A DNA stretch of 63,560 bases, counting the filler, from Octopus bimaculoides (Eukaryota), in NCBI RefSeq assembly GCF_001194135.2. It is 4 parts of 4 records of this genome, joined end to end, with 100 filler letters (N's around TTAATTAATTAA, not from the genome) between each part and the next. Parts side by side here need not be neighbours in the genome. Positions count along the whole stretch, not along the records: positions 29,391 to 50,480 come from NC_069008.1; 3 more parts are not named here. One strand, given 5' to 3'. Below are positions 35,967 to 48,223 of the stretch, one piece after another. A program made the position numbers and the translations under genes. The notes under the pieces are model-generated. The model did no database searches and had not been told where the DNA came from. It saw nothing but the letters and a program-made list of their open reading frames with translations. Every line of letters begins with the position of its first letter. Positions within the stretch are counted from its first letter, which is position 1.

Positions 35967-36265
35967 CTTTATTCTTTTACTTGTTTCAGTCATTTGACTG
36001 TGGCCATACTGGAGCACCCTCTTCAAGGGCTTTAGTCAAACAAATCGACCCCAGGGCATATTCTTTTTAAACCTAGTACTTATTCTATCAGCCTCTTTTC
36101 CTGAACTGTTAAGTTACAGGGATGTAAACGCACCAACACTGGTTGTCAAGCAGTGATGAGGGGGACAAACAGAGACACACACACACACATAGACATGTAC
36201 ATACACAATGCTTTGGTCCACCTGAAAACATTTGCCCAAGGTGCCACACAGTGGGACTGAACCTA
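35967..36265 (-). mobile_element. SINE family A
   Basis: Alignment to the other copies. Confidence 0.8.
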
Positions 36266-37402
36266 AAAGTGGGCCAAAGACCCACACCTAGATATAATGT
36301 CTCTAAGTTTCGGTATTCTTCCTATGGTTGGATAACATTCCTAACTGGAGTGTCATTACTTTTTTAAAATTTTAGTGTCACAAGCGTTTTGCATGACAAA
36401 GTTATGAGACTTCTTAACCCGATAATCACATAACGAAGAGGTCTATTAATGTCTTTTTTTTTATGTGTATGTGTATGTGTGTGTGCGTGAGTCGAGAAGT
36501 TTCCCTTTATGATATGCATATGACAATAGTTTTACTTGGTTTAACATTTTACTGTAAGAATGTAGCAATGGACATGAACCGGTGCCTCTGTCTAATATTA
36601 CAAATATAATTTATTCAAACATTAATAAATTTCTCTGACAACAGAACAATAGTGTCGCCAACAGGTTTTGGAAACCCGATTCGTCCCAAGCTTGGTTAAG
36701 ATGCCTTTCAGCCAATGCGAAGACAAAGAAGTACAAGGACACCGTTTTCAGACATAAACAGCGAGTCAGAACCCGATAATGACATGCAATCAAGTTAAGC
36801 TGTGGACTTTATATGATTTATTTCCTCCATTATCCGACAGATGGCTCCACTTACTGGACTCGTTGTTTTGTTTACATTCAAAAAATCATTCCATTGTTCA
36901 ACATGTTCTCATTTTAAACACGTTGTAAACTACTTCAACAAAATACTGTGTCGTAATTATATGTTATATGAAAAACAAGTGACAATTATATGTGAATAAT
37001 TGTTGTTGGAAGTTGTGTTAAGATTTTCTTTGACCCTCATGCACTTCAAACTTTGACCTTGAGGTCATTGCTCATATTTCACATTCTCACTGGAATGTAT
37101 AAGAAACACGTTGAACTATTTAGTTTATATTTTACTACAATCAGAATGTATATATAACTCGTGGTTTACTGTAAGACACAAACAAGCCGTCCGTGAAAGC
37201 CTCTTTCAAACTGGTTTCTCTTTTCCCTCCATCTTGCTCCACTTATTTCTTAATACAAAGCTAATACATTCCTTTCTAGACGCAACACCACAAAACGCAC
37301 TAAATCTAGCACTCGCAACAGTTTCGCTATCAGTCTCACTTTCTTTAACCACATACCCGTCGCCATCGGAGAAGCCTTATTATTTTCGCTACTGATTCTT
37401 AC

Positions 37403-37620
37403 CTTCCAAGACATGTTTTGTTATTGAGCGAAATAGCTGGAGGCAGAAATAGGTGAACAACAAAGGATAATCTGACCTTACCTCCGATAATGACTTCGTG
37501 CTTCAAGTTGCTCACAAAGAAGAGAAAGAATAGCACCAACTACTCATATCTAGAACAGGCAAAGGTCCAGGAGTTACCAGAGACAAGACTCAGACCAAAC
37601 GCGTCAACCGCCAAAATCTT
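37403..37620 (-). other. Putative non-coding first exon of ZNF-1 with two alternative 5' splice donors
   Basis: Minus-strand GGAG|GTAAGG (intron starts 37481) and GAAG|GTAAGA (intron starts 37402), in non-repetitive CpG-richer DNA next to promoter motifs. The 5' boundary is approximate. Confidence 0.5.
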
Positions 37621-37905
37621 TTTGTTTTTTGCCTTCTCTGCTTCATGCGCAGGCTCTGTCTCGTGTACGTGACGTCACTTCCTATTTCTAATTCAGCCCA
37701 TAATAGCTAACTATTAATATAAGATGTCTATCTAACAGTTACTCTGACAACATTACGATATTATTTTCATTATATTATATTTGATATTAAGAGAGACTGT
37801 TGTTAGCCACCGAACAAAATACATTATATTACAATCGACAATATATTGAAAGAAAAAGGGATGTAATGAGAGTTGTTATTCTTAGTATATCCTTCACGCA
37901 TGCGC
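37608..37905. promoter_or_regulatory. Putative bidirectional promoter of the two ZNF genes
   Basis: CCGCCAAAA (E2F-like, 37608-37616); overlapping CRE+ETS GTGACGTCACTTCCT (37669-37683); ACGCATGCGC (NRF1-like, 37896-37905); outward-facing splice donors on both sides. Confidence 0.55.
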
Positions 37906-38081
37906 TGTTGTAGTTCTTTGTCATCTTGATGTCATTGTTTTGTGTCTTCTGGATTCACTTCTGCTGCACATATTTATGACAACAACCTTTATGAAACCAT
38001 AACAGTTATAGTATTATCTCTTGAATTATCTTTCACGACTACTACGCAATTTTGTAACAATATCCTTTATAAAGCATTTCT
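37906..38081 (+). other. Putative non-coding first exon of ZNF-2
   Basis: Ends at a GTAAGT donor (38082-38087) that could join the acceptor at 42819. The start is approximate. Confidence 0.4.
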
Positions 38082-39409
38082 GTAAGTATACAATGATGAA
38101 AGTATTATGTATTAATACTATAGACTTTCGTTGACACTGTAGAGTTCAAGATACCGATTTCTTTTTTTTTTGTTTAGTGAAGATCGGTATTTTGCCCACC
38201 ACCCACCGACAACTAAAATGAAAGCTTTTTTAGCGCTTGAAGAAAGGCGTTAGTGTTAATTCTATTCTCCGCTACAGTTTGGAATCAACGATTAAACAAG
38301 ACTTCAGCATCAAGCAAAATTAACGAACTTATTCCAAATTGCTTTAATCAGTAGACATAAAAATATAGACAGAAGTAAATCAATATTACATTAATGAATA
38401 TTATTAGAATAAACTTGGTCATTTGTCTTGTTATTGTTTAAATATTTTCAATCTTTCATCTCAAACCATGTATAGAACTATTGAATTAATATCGACATCT
38501 GACCAGCAACATAAAAAAAATATATATTTCAGTTACCGGGGTTCCACCAAAATTTATAAATTACTTTATATCATGTAACATTCGATGCTGGGGTTTCAAA
38601 AATATCATCCAATATTTCAGTTTCGTAATAATTTCCTAGAAGTGGGGTCAGGATGAGGGAATATCTTATTCTGTTATCTGTTTTCACTTACCTAATTCCT
38701 CTGTTCCCTCTCAGTTCTATTCACCTTGTCCAGATGGCCCCTGGACATCTCATCACCATTTAGCTCTTTGTAGCTATTACTGATCCATTTCGTAGTAATA
38801 TCCTAGAAGTAGGGTTAGCACGAGGGAATATCTTATTCTAATGTTATGTGTTTTCACTTCTGTATAATTAGTGTAGCCTTCATTCACATAATACTCTTAT
38901 TTACACACATTATAGTGATCATATTATGCTATATTGCTTTGAATGCATTTAGGGAAGGCCATTTGCTTAGCTGATATCGTTTTTGTAAGGTTGTGAACTT
39001 TTGTTAAAAAATATATTTTGCCTCAAATCAAAAATGCAGTAAAAACACCGCATTTATAGCACCCCCAGCAGGGGTACTATATTTTTGAAATTGGAATTAA
39101 TGTAAAATATCTTTTATAAGCAAAAGCACTTTTCACTGGGTAGGCTGCTGCAAGGGAAGGAGAAAATCCGGTGTGGTGGTCTAGTAGGGAGGAGAGATGA
39201 TCAGTGTAACATGAATGTAGAGAATAATGTTAATGGATGAAAAATGATTAACAAGAGAAATGCTTCCAGACAGCAAGAAATAAGGTGATGTCAGGGAAGG
39301 GATGGTGGGGACAGGACTGAGAGGAGGAGATGGATGAGGTGCATATTTTTACATACACACATATAGTATATAGACATTCACTTCTAGAAGTCAGTTTCAC
39401 TGTAATGGG

Positions 39410-40025
39410 CAGGTCTTCTTGTGAGCTGCATACTGCCAGATATCCTAATCCTTTGTCATCTCCTCTGTGAAGCTTAGGCTCCTGGGGTCAGTCTTCACTA
39501 CTTCACCCCAAGTTTTCTTGGATCTCCCTCATTCACAAGCTCCAGTCACATTTAATGATTTCCACTTCTTTATACAACTGTCCTTATCCATATGCATCAC
39601 TTGTCCATACCAGCACAGTCTTCTTTCTTGCAAGCAACATCTGATTCCTCTTCTGCTCTGTTTTTCTCTCAGCACATTTATACAATGCTGTTCATGCAAA
39701 CTTTACATTATGCATCCAATGGAGTACGATTGCCTCATTCCTCATTTCTTTCCTGTCTTCTCAGTTTCTCTGTATTCAAGGCCCATCTTTCACTACTACA
39801 TAGCATTGCATTCACCCTGTGGGAGAAATAAAATCTTTTGTTGCCAGTAGTGGTAGTAGCTCCCTGAACTTTCACCAACCCATTCTTACTCATGTCACTT
39901 TCAAAGCAACCACCTACTTTGTTGATTTCATCTAGGTAGCAAAAGCTATCAATTACTTCTGGTGGGCCATCTAGGCATTCAAGGAAGTCTGTTTCTGGCG
40001 TGTTCATAGAATGTACTGCTTCAAT
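39410..40025 (-). mobile_element. RTE LINE 3' ORF fragment
   Basis: EVIDSFCYL...GGC, ERRLCWYGQVMHMDKDSCIKK, GRSKKTWGEVVK. Confidence 0.75.
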
Positions 40026-40309
40026 ACATCTATCACATATGAGGCTTGTTCTCTGCTAGTCTGTCTATAATTCTATTACATCTCTTGTGTGTCCATAACT
40101 TAGATTAGATACAATGTATGGAGTTTATATCTACCCCTTTTCTGATTTTTTGTGGTGGTGGTGGTGAGTATTTAATCACAACAAACTAGCAACAAAACAT
40201 TTGCTTTGTGCCTTCATGATTGCAAATGGTCTTTAATATCCAATGTGGCTCAATGTACTACAGTGAACTCCTAAACACTGATCACATTTACTTATTTCAC
40301 ATTGAAGAA

Positions 40310-40628
40310 GGACACCCTTTGGTGACAAATAACCGTGGGATTACACCTAGAAAGTTCCCCTCCTAGACACAAGTCCAGGCAAGGTTGTTTATGGAAGACT
40401 AGTGGTCACCCATGCATACCAGCTTCCCCTTTCTACACCACTGATGTTGTCCAAGGGAAAAGCAAAGGCTGAAACAGCTTGGCACCAATCACGTTGCAAC
40501 TCATTTCTACAGCTGAGTGAACTGGAGCAACGTGAAATAAAGTGTCTTGCTCAAGAACACAACACAGAGTCCAGTCCAGGAATCGAACTCACAATCATAA
40601 GGCCAACGCTATAACCACTAAGCCATAG
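40310..40628 (-). mobile_element. tRNA-derived SINE, family F (related pieces at 17605-17690 minus and 55450-55640 plus)
   Basis: Minus strand: TGGCTTAGTGG (A box), GAGTTCGATTCC (B box), then TTGAGCAAGACACTTTATTTCACGTTGCTCCAG. Confidence 0.75.
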
Positions 40629-41166
40629 AATTTATTTTTTAGACAAAGGATGATCATTAAAAGATTTTCATAAATGAACAGAAGCTCTTTTCAGTATTTT
40701 AAACATAATTTTTTTTTTAATCAAAGTAAATATAAATCAAAAATTACAAAAACCGAATTAATGCTAAAGTAAAGTTTGGAAATGAATAAAGTTGCAAAAT
40801 GTCTATCGTCACTCAAGTGCATGATCTGTGAGTTTAAAATTGATAAAAATCAAGAAACCCATACAACAGAGTTTTATGATGTACTAGTTAAAGATAAACT
40901 AGTATCAATGTCTTGCACTTTGTTGTGAAACAAGGGGCAACAAATTATAAAACAGAAAAACTTTTGCAGGTTTCCAGGAAAGAATTTCAAACATAGTTGG
41001 AACTCTGGAATAAGATTACTAAACTGGATCATAGGGTTACAATGTGTGTGCATGCACTTAGCAGTAGTTCTGTTAATTCAGTCGCAAATATTTTTACAGA
41101 AACCCTCCATCCTCTCTTTTGCATGTATTTAAAGTAATCAATGACAATCCAATAAATTGACTTCTG

Positions 41167-41350
<184 letters not shown>

Positions 41351-41609
41351 CTGTTTATATGAATAGATAGGTATGTATGTATGTCCGGTCTGTGGGGTAA
41401 AACTGGGGTTTCACATCCTTAGTGCTTAGCTTTTCAGCGTTTCTTCAGACCCTAAACCCATTGGCCTGTAGCCTCTCTGGCAAGTGGCCTCTAGTAAATG
41501 GAGGCGAAAAAGACTTCGTTTCTCTGTCTCCCTTCGACGGCTATTCATAATTTGACCCTACCAGCAAGAATTTTCTGAAGTGCAAGCGGGGTCCGAAGAC
41601 CACCTTACT

Positions 41610-41885
41610 GGAGTTATCGATTCAGATAGCTGGTCCCTCAGTTGGGTCAACATTTGGCAGATTCTCATTCTCCTATTCATTCTCTTAATTTAGCAGCCTT
41701 TCATAGTGGCATCTTCAAGTCTCTTTGTAGAATCATCAAATGCAAGTGCACCATCATCCACGTGGACACATTTCTCTCTTCTGTGACATCACGATTTTCT
41801 CTCACATACTGTCTCTGGTCCTCACATCACATTGGCAAACTTCGTTTCTGCCTCCCCTCTGGCTGAGTATATCTGTTTCCTAGCT
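41610..41885 (-). mobile_element. RTE LINE fragment (EN-RT linker)
   Basis: ARKQIYSARGEAE...EKCVHVDDGALA...LPNVDPTEGPAI; homologous to the start of the 29391 copy. Confidence 0.65.
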
Positions 41886-41930
41886 TCCTTTCTGGTTATC
41901 TGATACAGTTCCCTGCCACCATGTATTTAC

Positions 41931-42147
41931 ATGTGTCTGTGTTTGTCCCCGCTGCTATCGCTTGACAACCGATACTGGTGTGTTTGTCCCCGTCACCTAG
42001 CAGTTTGGCAAAAGAGTCTGATAGAATAAGTACTAGGCTTACAAAGAATAATCCCTAGGGTCAATTTCTTTCTCTAAAACCCTTTAAGGCAGTGCTCCAG
42101 CATGGCCTTAGTCAAATGACTGAAACGAGTGAAAGAATAAAAGAATA
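41931..42147 (+). mobile_element. SINE family A 3' half
   Basis: Alignment to the other copies. Confidence 0.8.
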
Positions 42148-42295
42148 TATCTATATTTGGTGTTAATTTGCTTCAGCTTTATATTACATTAATCTTAATC
42201 TTTGGCCGAAATAAGATTAAAATATATCTATAGATATCACATAAAGTTGTATGATGTAATTCTGATGGTAAATTTGAAAATAACTTTGTTTAGCC

Positions 42296-42717
42296 CAGTG
42301 GTTCTCATACAGAGTCCATATGACCCATTGGGAGTCCATGCAAGCAAAATATTAACCCCTTAGCATTCAGATTAATCTGTCAAATTTAAAGCTTTGATAT
42401 TTCAGTGATGTGATTGTTTACTTTTAGAATGACATTGTAGGGTAGGTGTGAGAGAATGGATCTGGCCCATTTGAGCATAAAACATATTTTGGCCAGATAT
42501 GGCTGGTTTACATGCTAAAGGGTTAAATTGAGGTTAAATTGCTCCAGATGTATTTATTGCAAGAAACAACTGGATTCCTTTCTCTAATGTTAATGTTAAT
42601 GTTAAGTTAATGTGTGAAAACAAAATAGGGATTTTGGAAGCAGTGCCTATAAAAGCTAGTTTTTAAACATAGAATGGCAATGAGGGTCCATAGGAAAAAA
42701 ATGGTTGAGAATCGCTG
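42296..42717. mobile_element. hAT-type MITE containing a nested TTAA element
   Basis: CAGTGGTTCTCA...GGTTGAGAATCGCTG; TSD gtttagcc / gtttagac. Confidence 0.8.
42356..42522. mobile_element. TTAA-flanked MITE (piggyBac/Kolobok-like)
   Basis: TTAA-CCCCTTAGCAT...ATGCTAAAGGG-TTAA. Confidence 0.8.
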
Positions 42718-43468
42718 GTTTAGACAAAGGTTTATATCTATAGTCTATTATTATTAGAAGTGTTGTAAAATTTCTGCTGTTGAGTGTCTTCTATAGCTTA
42801 TACTCTTCTTTTTTTTCAGAATACCAGATGGTGTTGGAATTAAAGAATAGTTTTGGTTACCTTGGATACATCATCAATATTTATTGTTTTCTAAAATACA
42901 AGGAAGATGTTATACAGAAGGGATTAACCATGTTTATATAAATCTATGTTACAGTACCTGTGAAATATTTCCTATGAAATTATTAACAAGATTTCTATGC
43001 TTCACTATGCAAGACTAGGTGGTTTTCCATTCTAATTAAACTGGTATTATGTTATGGGAGAATCCTGAACCCCCCCATGTGACTGAAGGTGGACTAACCG
43101 ATTACAATGAATAAGAACTGAGTGAACTGTCAAGGCGTAGTTGACCAGTGTCAGCCTGACCATTTTGGTTAAACAGTCGGTAGCTGAACAGTGATTACTG
43201 AGTAACGTACCGATGTTCAAGAAGTATGGAGTACATTTTGTGTTAATATATTTCTGCAATAGGTTAGTTTTAGATAACTACAACCAACTATTTATTTATG
43301 TAATACCATTTTACACCAGACGTGTATACTCACATCATAACATATTATAAAGGAATTTGCAGGCTCATTACTAAATTCACAGATAATGGAAATATAGCAA
43401 AATAAATATTTGTTGAGAATAACGACAAAGTAAAAACAACTGTGTATTGTAGTGTGAGAAGAAAAACT

Positions 43469-45030
43469 ATGGAAACGGAATTGTGTGAGGATTATGTTAA
43501 ATGTGAAACACCATCTAAAAGAAATGATTTTACTGAAGAGATACCAACTGATATACAAACAACATCATGCTACTCTGATATCTGTAAAAAGCCATTCTCA
43601 GAAAGTGGTTGCTTAAATTCTCACAAACATACTCATACAGGAGAGAAACCATATCAGTGTGATATCTGTGGGAAATCATTCTCACAGAAAGGTAACTTAA
43701 GTAAACACAAATTTATTCATACAGGAGAAAAACCATATAACTGTGATATCTGTGGTAAATCATTCTCTCAAGTATATAATTTAGTTATTCACAAACGTAT
43801 TCATACAGATAAAAAACCATGTCACTGTGATATCTGTGGTAAATCATTTTCTCAGAAAAGTAACTTAACTAAACATCAACGTATTCATACAGGGGAGAAA
43901 CCATATGAATGTAATGTCTGTGGTAAATCTTTCTCTCAAATATATAATCTAATTATTCACAAACGTATTCATACAGGAGAGAGGCCATATCAGTGTGATA
44001 TCTGTGGTAAATCTTTCTCACAAAATGATGACTTAAATAGACATATACGCATTCATACAGGAGAGAAGCCATATCAGTGTGATATCTGTGATAAATCATT
44101 CTCTCGGAAAGGTAGCTTAAGCACTCACAGACACATTCACACAGGAGAAAAACCATATTTCTGTGTTATGTGTGGTAAATCTTTCTCTCAAAATGCTCAC
44201 TTAACTAAACACAAACACATTCATACAGGAGAGAAGCCATATAAATGTGATATTTGTGACAAGTCATTTTCTCAGAAATGTAATTTAACCACACACAAGC
44301 ACATTCACATTGGCCAGAAATCAAAACCATATGACTGTGATATCTGTGATAAATCATTCTCTCAGAAAAGTAACTTAAGTACGCATAAATACATTCATAC
44401 AGGACAGAGGCCAAAACCATATCAATGTGATATCTGTGGTAAATCATTCTCTCTGAAAACTAACTTAACGACACACAAATACACTCATACAGGAGAGATG
44501 CCAAAACCATATCAGTGTGATATCTGTTGTAAATCATTCTCTCAGAAAGGCAGCTTGACTACACACAAACACATTCATATAGGAGAGAAANNNNNNNNNN
44601 TCACTGTGATATCTGTGATAAGTCATTCTCCCAAATATATCATTTAACTAGTCACAAACTCATACATTCAGAGGAGAAGCCCTACGATTGTGATATCTGT
44701 GGTAAATCTTTCTATAAAAGTGATAACTTAACTAGACATATACGTATTCATACAGGTGAGAAACCATATCACTGTGATATCTGTGGTAAATCCTTCTCTC
44801 AGAAAGGTACCTTAACTACGCACAAACACAGCCACACTGGAGATAAACCATATCAGTGTGATATCTGTGGGAAATCATTCTCTCTAAATCATCACTTATC
44901 TGCCCACAAACTCATTCATACAGGAGAGAAACCATATCAGTGTGATATCTGCGGTAAATCATTCTCACGAAATGGTTCCTTAACTAAACACAAACGTCTT
45001 CATAGGAGAGAAACACTATCACTCTCTTAA
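43469..45030 (+). CDS. Poly-C2H2 zinc-finger protein (ZNF-2): 1 degenerate + 11 fingers before the N gap (44591-44600) and 5 after; stop TAA at 45028-45030
   Basis: ATG at 43469 (METELC...). Fingers resume at 44602 ([18 protein letters not shown]...) in another frame. A true gap of 5 nt (CCATA) or 5+84n nt restores the frame. Acceptor ttttttcag|aata at 42819/42820. Confidence 0.9.
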
Positions 45031-45470
45031 CAACACACAAATACATTCCTACAGGAGAGAACCCATATGAGTGGCCCCTGTGATAAAGCATTCTCACATA
45101 AAAGACAACACATGGATGTATTCATACAAAGGAGTAATTATTCATTCATTTTGTCCATTTTTTTTCTATGCTTTCACAGGTTGAATGAGTTTATTATTAA
45201 AGTACTTTATTGTTTTACAGCTGGATGCTTTTCCTGTTGCTAACCATTAACTGTTTTTCAAGTAAAGGATCCTTTATTTCATACATTTACAATGGTACAA
45301 AGCAAACGGGAAAGGTGTTGACAGGAGAAGTGACAAGAATATCATTCTTGCAGCATCTGTAAAAGCATACACATACCTTTATGTACATTTTATCATCATT
45401 TCACATCTAGGTTCTATGTGGGCAAGGGTTGGACACACATACACACACGCAAATACATTGTATATACATA

Positions 45471-45840
45471 TTCTTTTACTTGTTTTCAGTCATTAGACTG
45501 CAGCCATGTGGAGCACTATCTTGGAGGATTTTAATCGAATGGATTGACCCCAATACATATTTTTGTGTAAGTCTGGTACTTATTTTGCCAAACCTCTAAG
45601 TTATAGGGACATAAACACACCAACACCAGTTGTCAAGCAGTGATGCGGGAAAAACACAGACAGAAAGATACATACATATATAAATATATATGACAGGCTT
45701 CTTACAGTTTCTGTCTACCAAATCCACTCATCGGATTGTGGCTAAAATAGAAGACACTTAAAATGCCATGCAGTGGAACTGAACCCAGAACCATGTGGCT
45801 GGAAAGCAAGCTTCTTACCACACAGCCATGCCTGCACCTA
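45471..45840 (-). mobile_element. SINE family A, downstream of the ZNF-2 stop
   Basis: Alignment to the other copies. Confidence 0.8.
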
Positions 45841-46684
45841 TTTATCTATATATGTATATGTAATCAGCTTCCATTTTCTTTCTGCCAAATTCACAAGGCT
45901 TTGGTAAACCTGGGACTAAATTTGAACCCATGTGGTCAGTAAGTGGTCAGCTTAACCTAACAGTTATGCCTGTGCCTATATCAATACCAAAAGTCTGTTC
46001 TACCAGCATGACCACAGTCTAACGACTGAAACAAATAAAAGAATATACATATAAAATATTGTGTATTTGTGCCTCCTTGTCTTGGTATCATGATAATTGT
46101 AAACCAGTGTCACAGTCATACAAACATAGTCATTCATTACCATTCTTCCATGAAGACATGTCTGGTCACAAAGAAAATATCACTTTTGCTTGTAAATAAG
46201 TAAGGGTTGGCAACAGGAAAAGCTTCACCCATAGAAAATTTGCCTCACTGAATTTTGTCTGATCTGTGCATGCATGGAAAAATGAACATTAAAACACTGA
46301 CGATTCCATATTTTTGTGAAGTAAGAAATATTGTTGATTTATTTCACATTTTGTATAAATAGATGAGAAATGATGTCAGTGGTAATATCACTGTACAATT
46401 GTTATGTTAAGAAATAAATACAGAAATCATAGAAAATATTTGATCATATAAAAGGTTGAACAAATATTTGATATACTTCTGTGTAATTTATGTATATTTT
46501 GGTTTTACATTTGTTGTATGTGTAACACTCTGGGAATGATTCTGTTGATGGTTAAGATGTATATAATTTTATTTTTAATTATTATTTGATTCCTTCTGGA
46601 CTTAAAGATTATGCTGAACGTTAATGACCAAGTGTCAATGTAACCTTATACTTCATATAAATGCTTGAAAGAAATGAAACTAGC

Positions 46685-47265
46685 ATGCTCTGGTAGATGG
46701 GTAGTGTCAGTGTGCACACATGACAGAGTGTAAATGATTTAAGAGGAAAGCTGGGTATAAGAGGCTTCAGATGTTGTGTGCAAGAGAGAAGACTGCACTG
46801 GTCTGGTCATGTGATGCATATGGATGCGGACAGTTGCGTAAAGAAGTGCCGAGCTCTACTTGTTGATGGTACCTGTGGAAAGGATAGACAAGAAGATGTG
46901 GGATGGAGTGGTGAGAAAGGCCCGTAGGATGCTGGGCCTCACTGAAGAAATGACTATGGACTGAGAGATGTGGCAATTTGTTGCCCTTGATAAAATACAT
47001 CAAGCTAATTAAAATCATTGTCTTCCACACATAAAAGCTTGTCCTTTCAGGTGCCGGTGCCACATGAAAAGCACCTGTGGCAATGCTGCATAAATGCACT
47101 TGTGCCAGTGGCACATAAAAAGTACCCAGCACATTCTATTAAGTAGTTGGTATTAAGAAAGGTCTTCCAGCCATAGAACCCATGCCACAGCAGACAATTG
47201 GAGTCTGGCCAGCTCCATGTCAAACCTTCCAACCTGTGCCAGCATGGAAATTGGATGTTAAGTGA
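46685..47265 (+). mobile_element. RTE LINE 3' end plus 3' UTR
   Basis: LRGKLGIRGFRCCVQERRLHWSGHVMHMDADSCVKKC, followed by the shared 3' UTR. Confidence 0.75.
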
Positions 47266-47841
47266 TGAAATACTAAACAGATGCTATAATTTGTTAATCA
47301 TCATTATCATCACCAATGTCAATTTTCTATGCTGCTATGGGATGCATATGTCTGTCATACACAATATTTTATCAATGTTTGACATCTCCTTTGTGGAAAG
47401 TCTTGACCAAGATGGTGTCATCAGGGAAGGAAGTTACACTTTGGCTCAGAATGATCTGATGCTCCTTGAACAAATGATGTGAGTAACTTTAATAGTAGGT
47501 CTGCTCAGCTCGGGTAGACATATCAGCAATGAATGACCGGCAACAAATACAACTGAACATCAACCATTCTCCCCTCTCCCAGAAATCCAGTATAGAATAA
47601 CTGGGTCTGGAAATAATATGCCGTCAAGTGAGACACTGAGTTCTGATCTCATCACTGTTTGTGAATCTCCTTAAAACCTAAAATCTAAATAAAACTCATT
47701 TACTCTGAAATTATTTCCCTATTGTTATATAAGTAGAACATCTTACCAAGACTTGTGCTGATAGGATACTACAAGCTATAGATTTTATAAACTTAATCAA
47801 TCTATGATATAATTTACATATTTCTCCAAACTAATCTCCAT

Positions 47842-48123
47842 AGGTGCAAGAATGGCTGTGTGGTAAGAAACTTGCTTCCCAATGACATGGTTCCAGGTTC
47901 AGTCCCACTGTGTGGCACCTTGGCCAAGTGTCTTCTACTATAGCCCACCACTACTTGACAACCGGTGTTTTTATGTCCCCATAACTTAGTGGTTCAGCAA
48001 AAGGGACCAATAGAATAAGTACCAGGCTTAAAAAATAAAAAGCACTATGATCGCTTCATTTGACTAAAATACTTGAAGGCAGTGCCCCAGCATGGCCACA
48101 GTCAAATGACTGAAACAAGTAAA
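47842..48123 (+). mobile_element. SINE family A with central deletion
   Basis: Head and tail present, joined at ctatagccc|accactac. Confidence 0.8.
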
Positions 48124-48223
48124 NNNNNNNNNNNNNNNNNNNNNNNNNNNNNNNNNNNNNNNNNNNNNNNNNNNNNNNNNNNNNNNNNNNNNNNNNNNNN
48201 NNNNNNNNNNNNNNNNNNNNNNN

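Noticed and set aside
44591-44600. Apparent frameshift or premature stop of ZNF-2 (ORF track ends at 44647)
   Set aside because: Caused by a 10-N placeholder; a 5-nt fill (CCATA) gives a continuous KPYHC linker.
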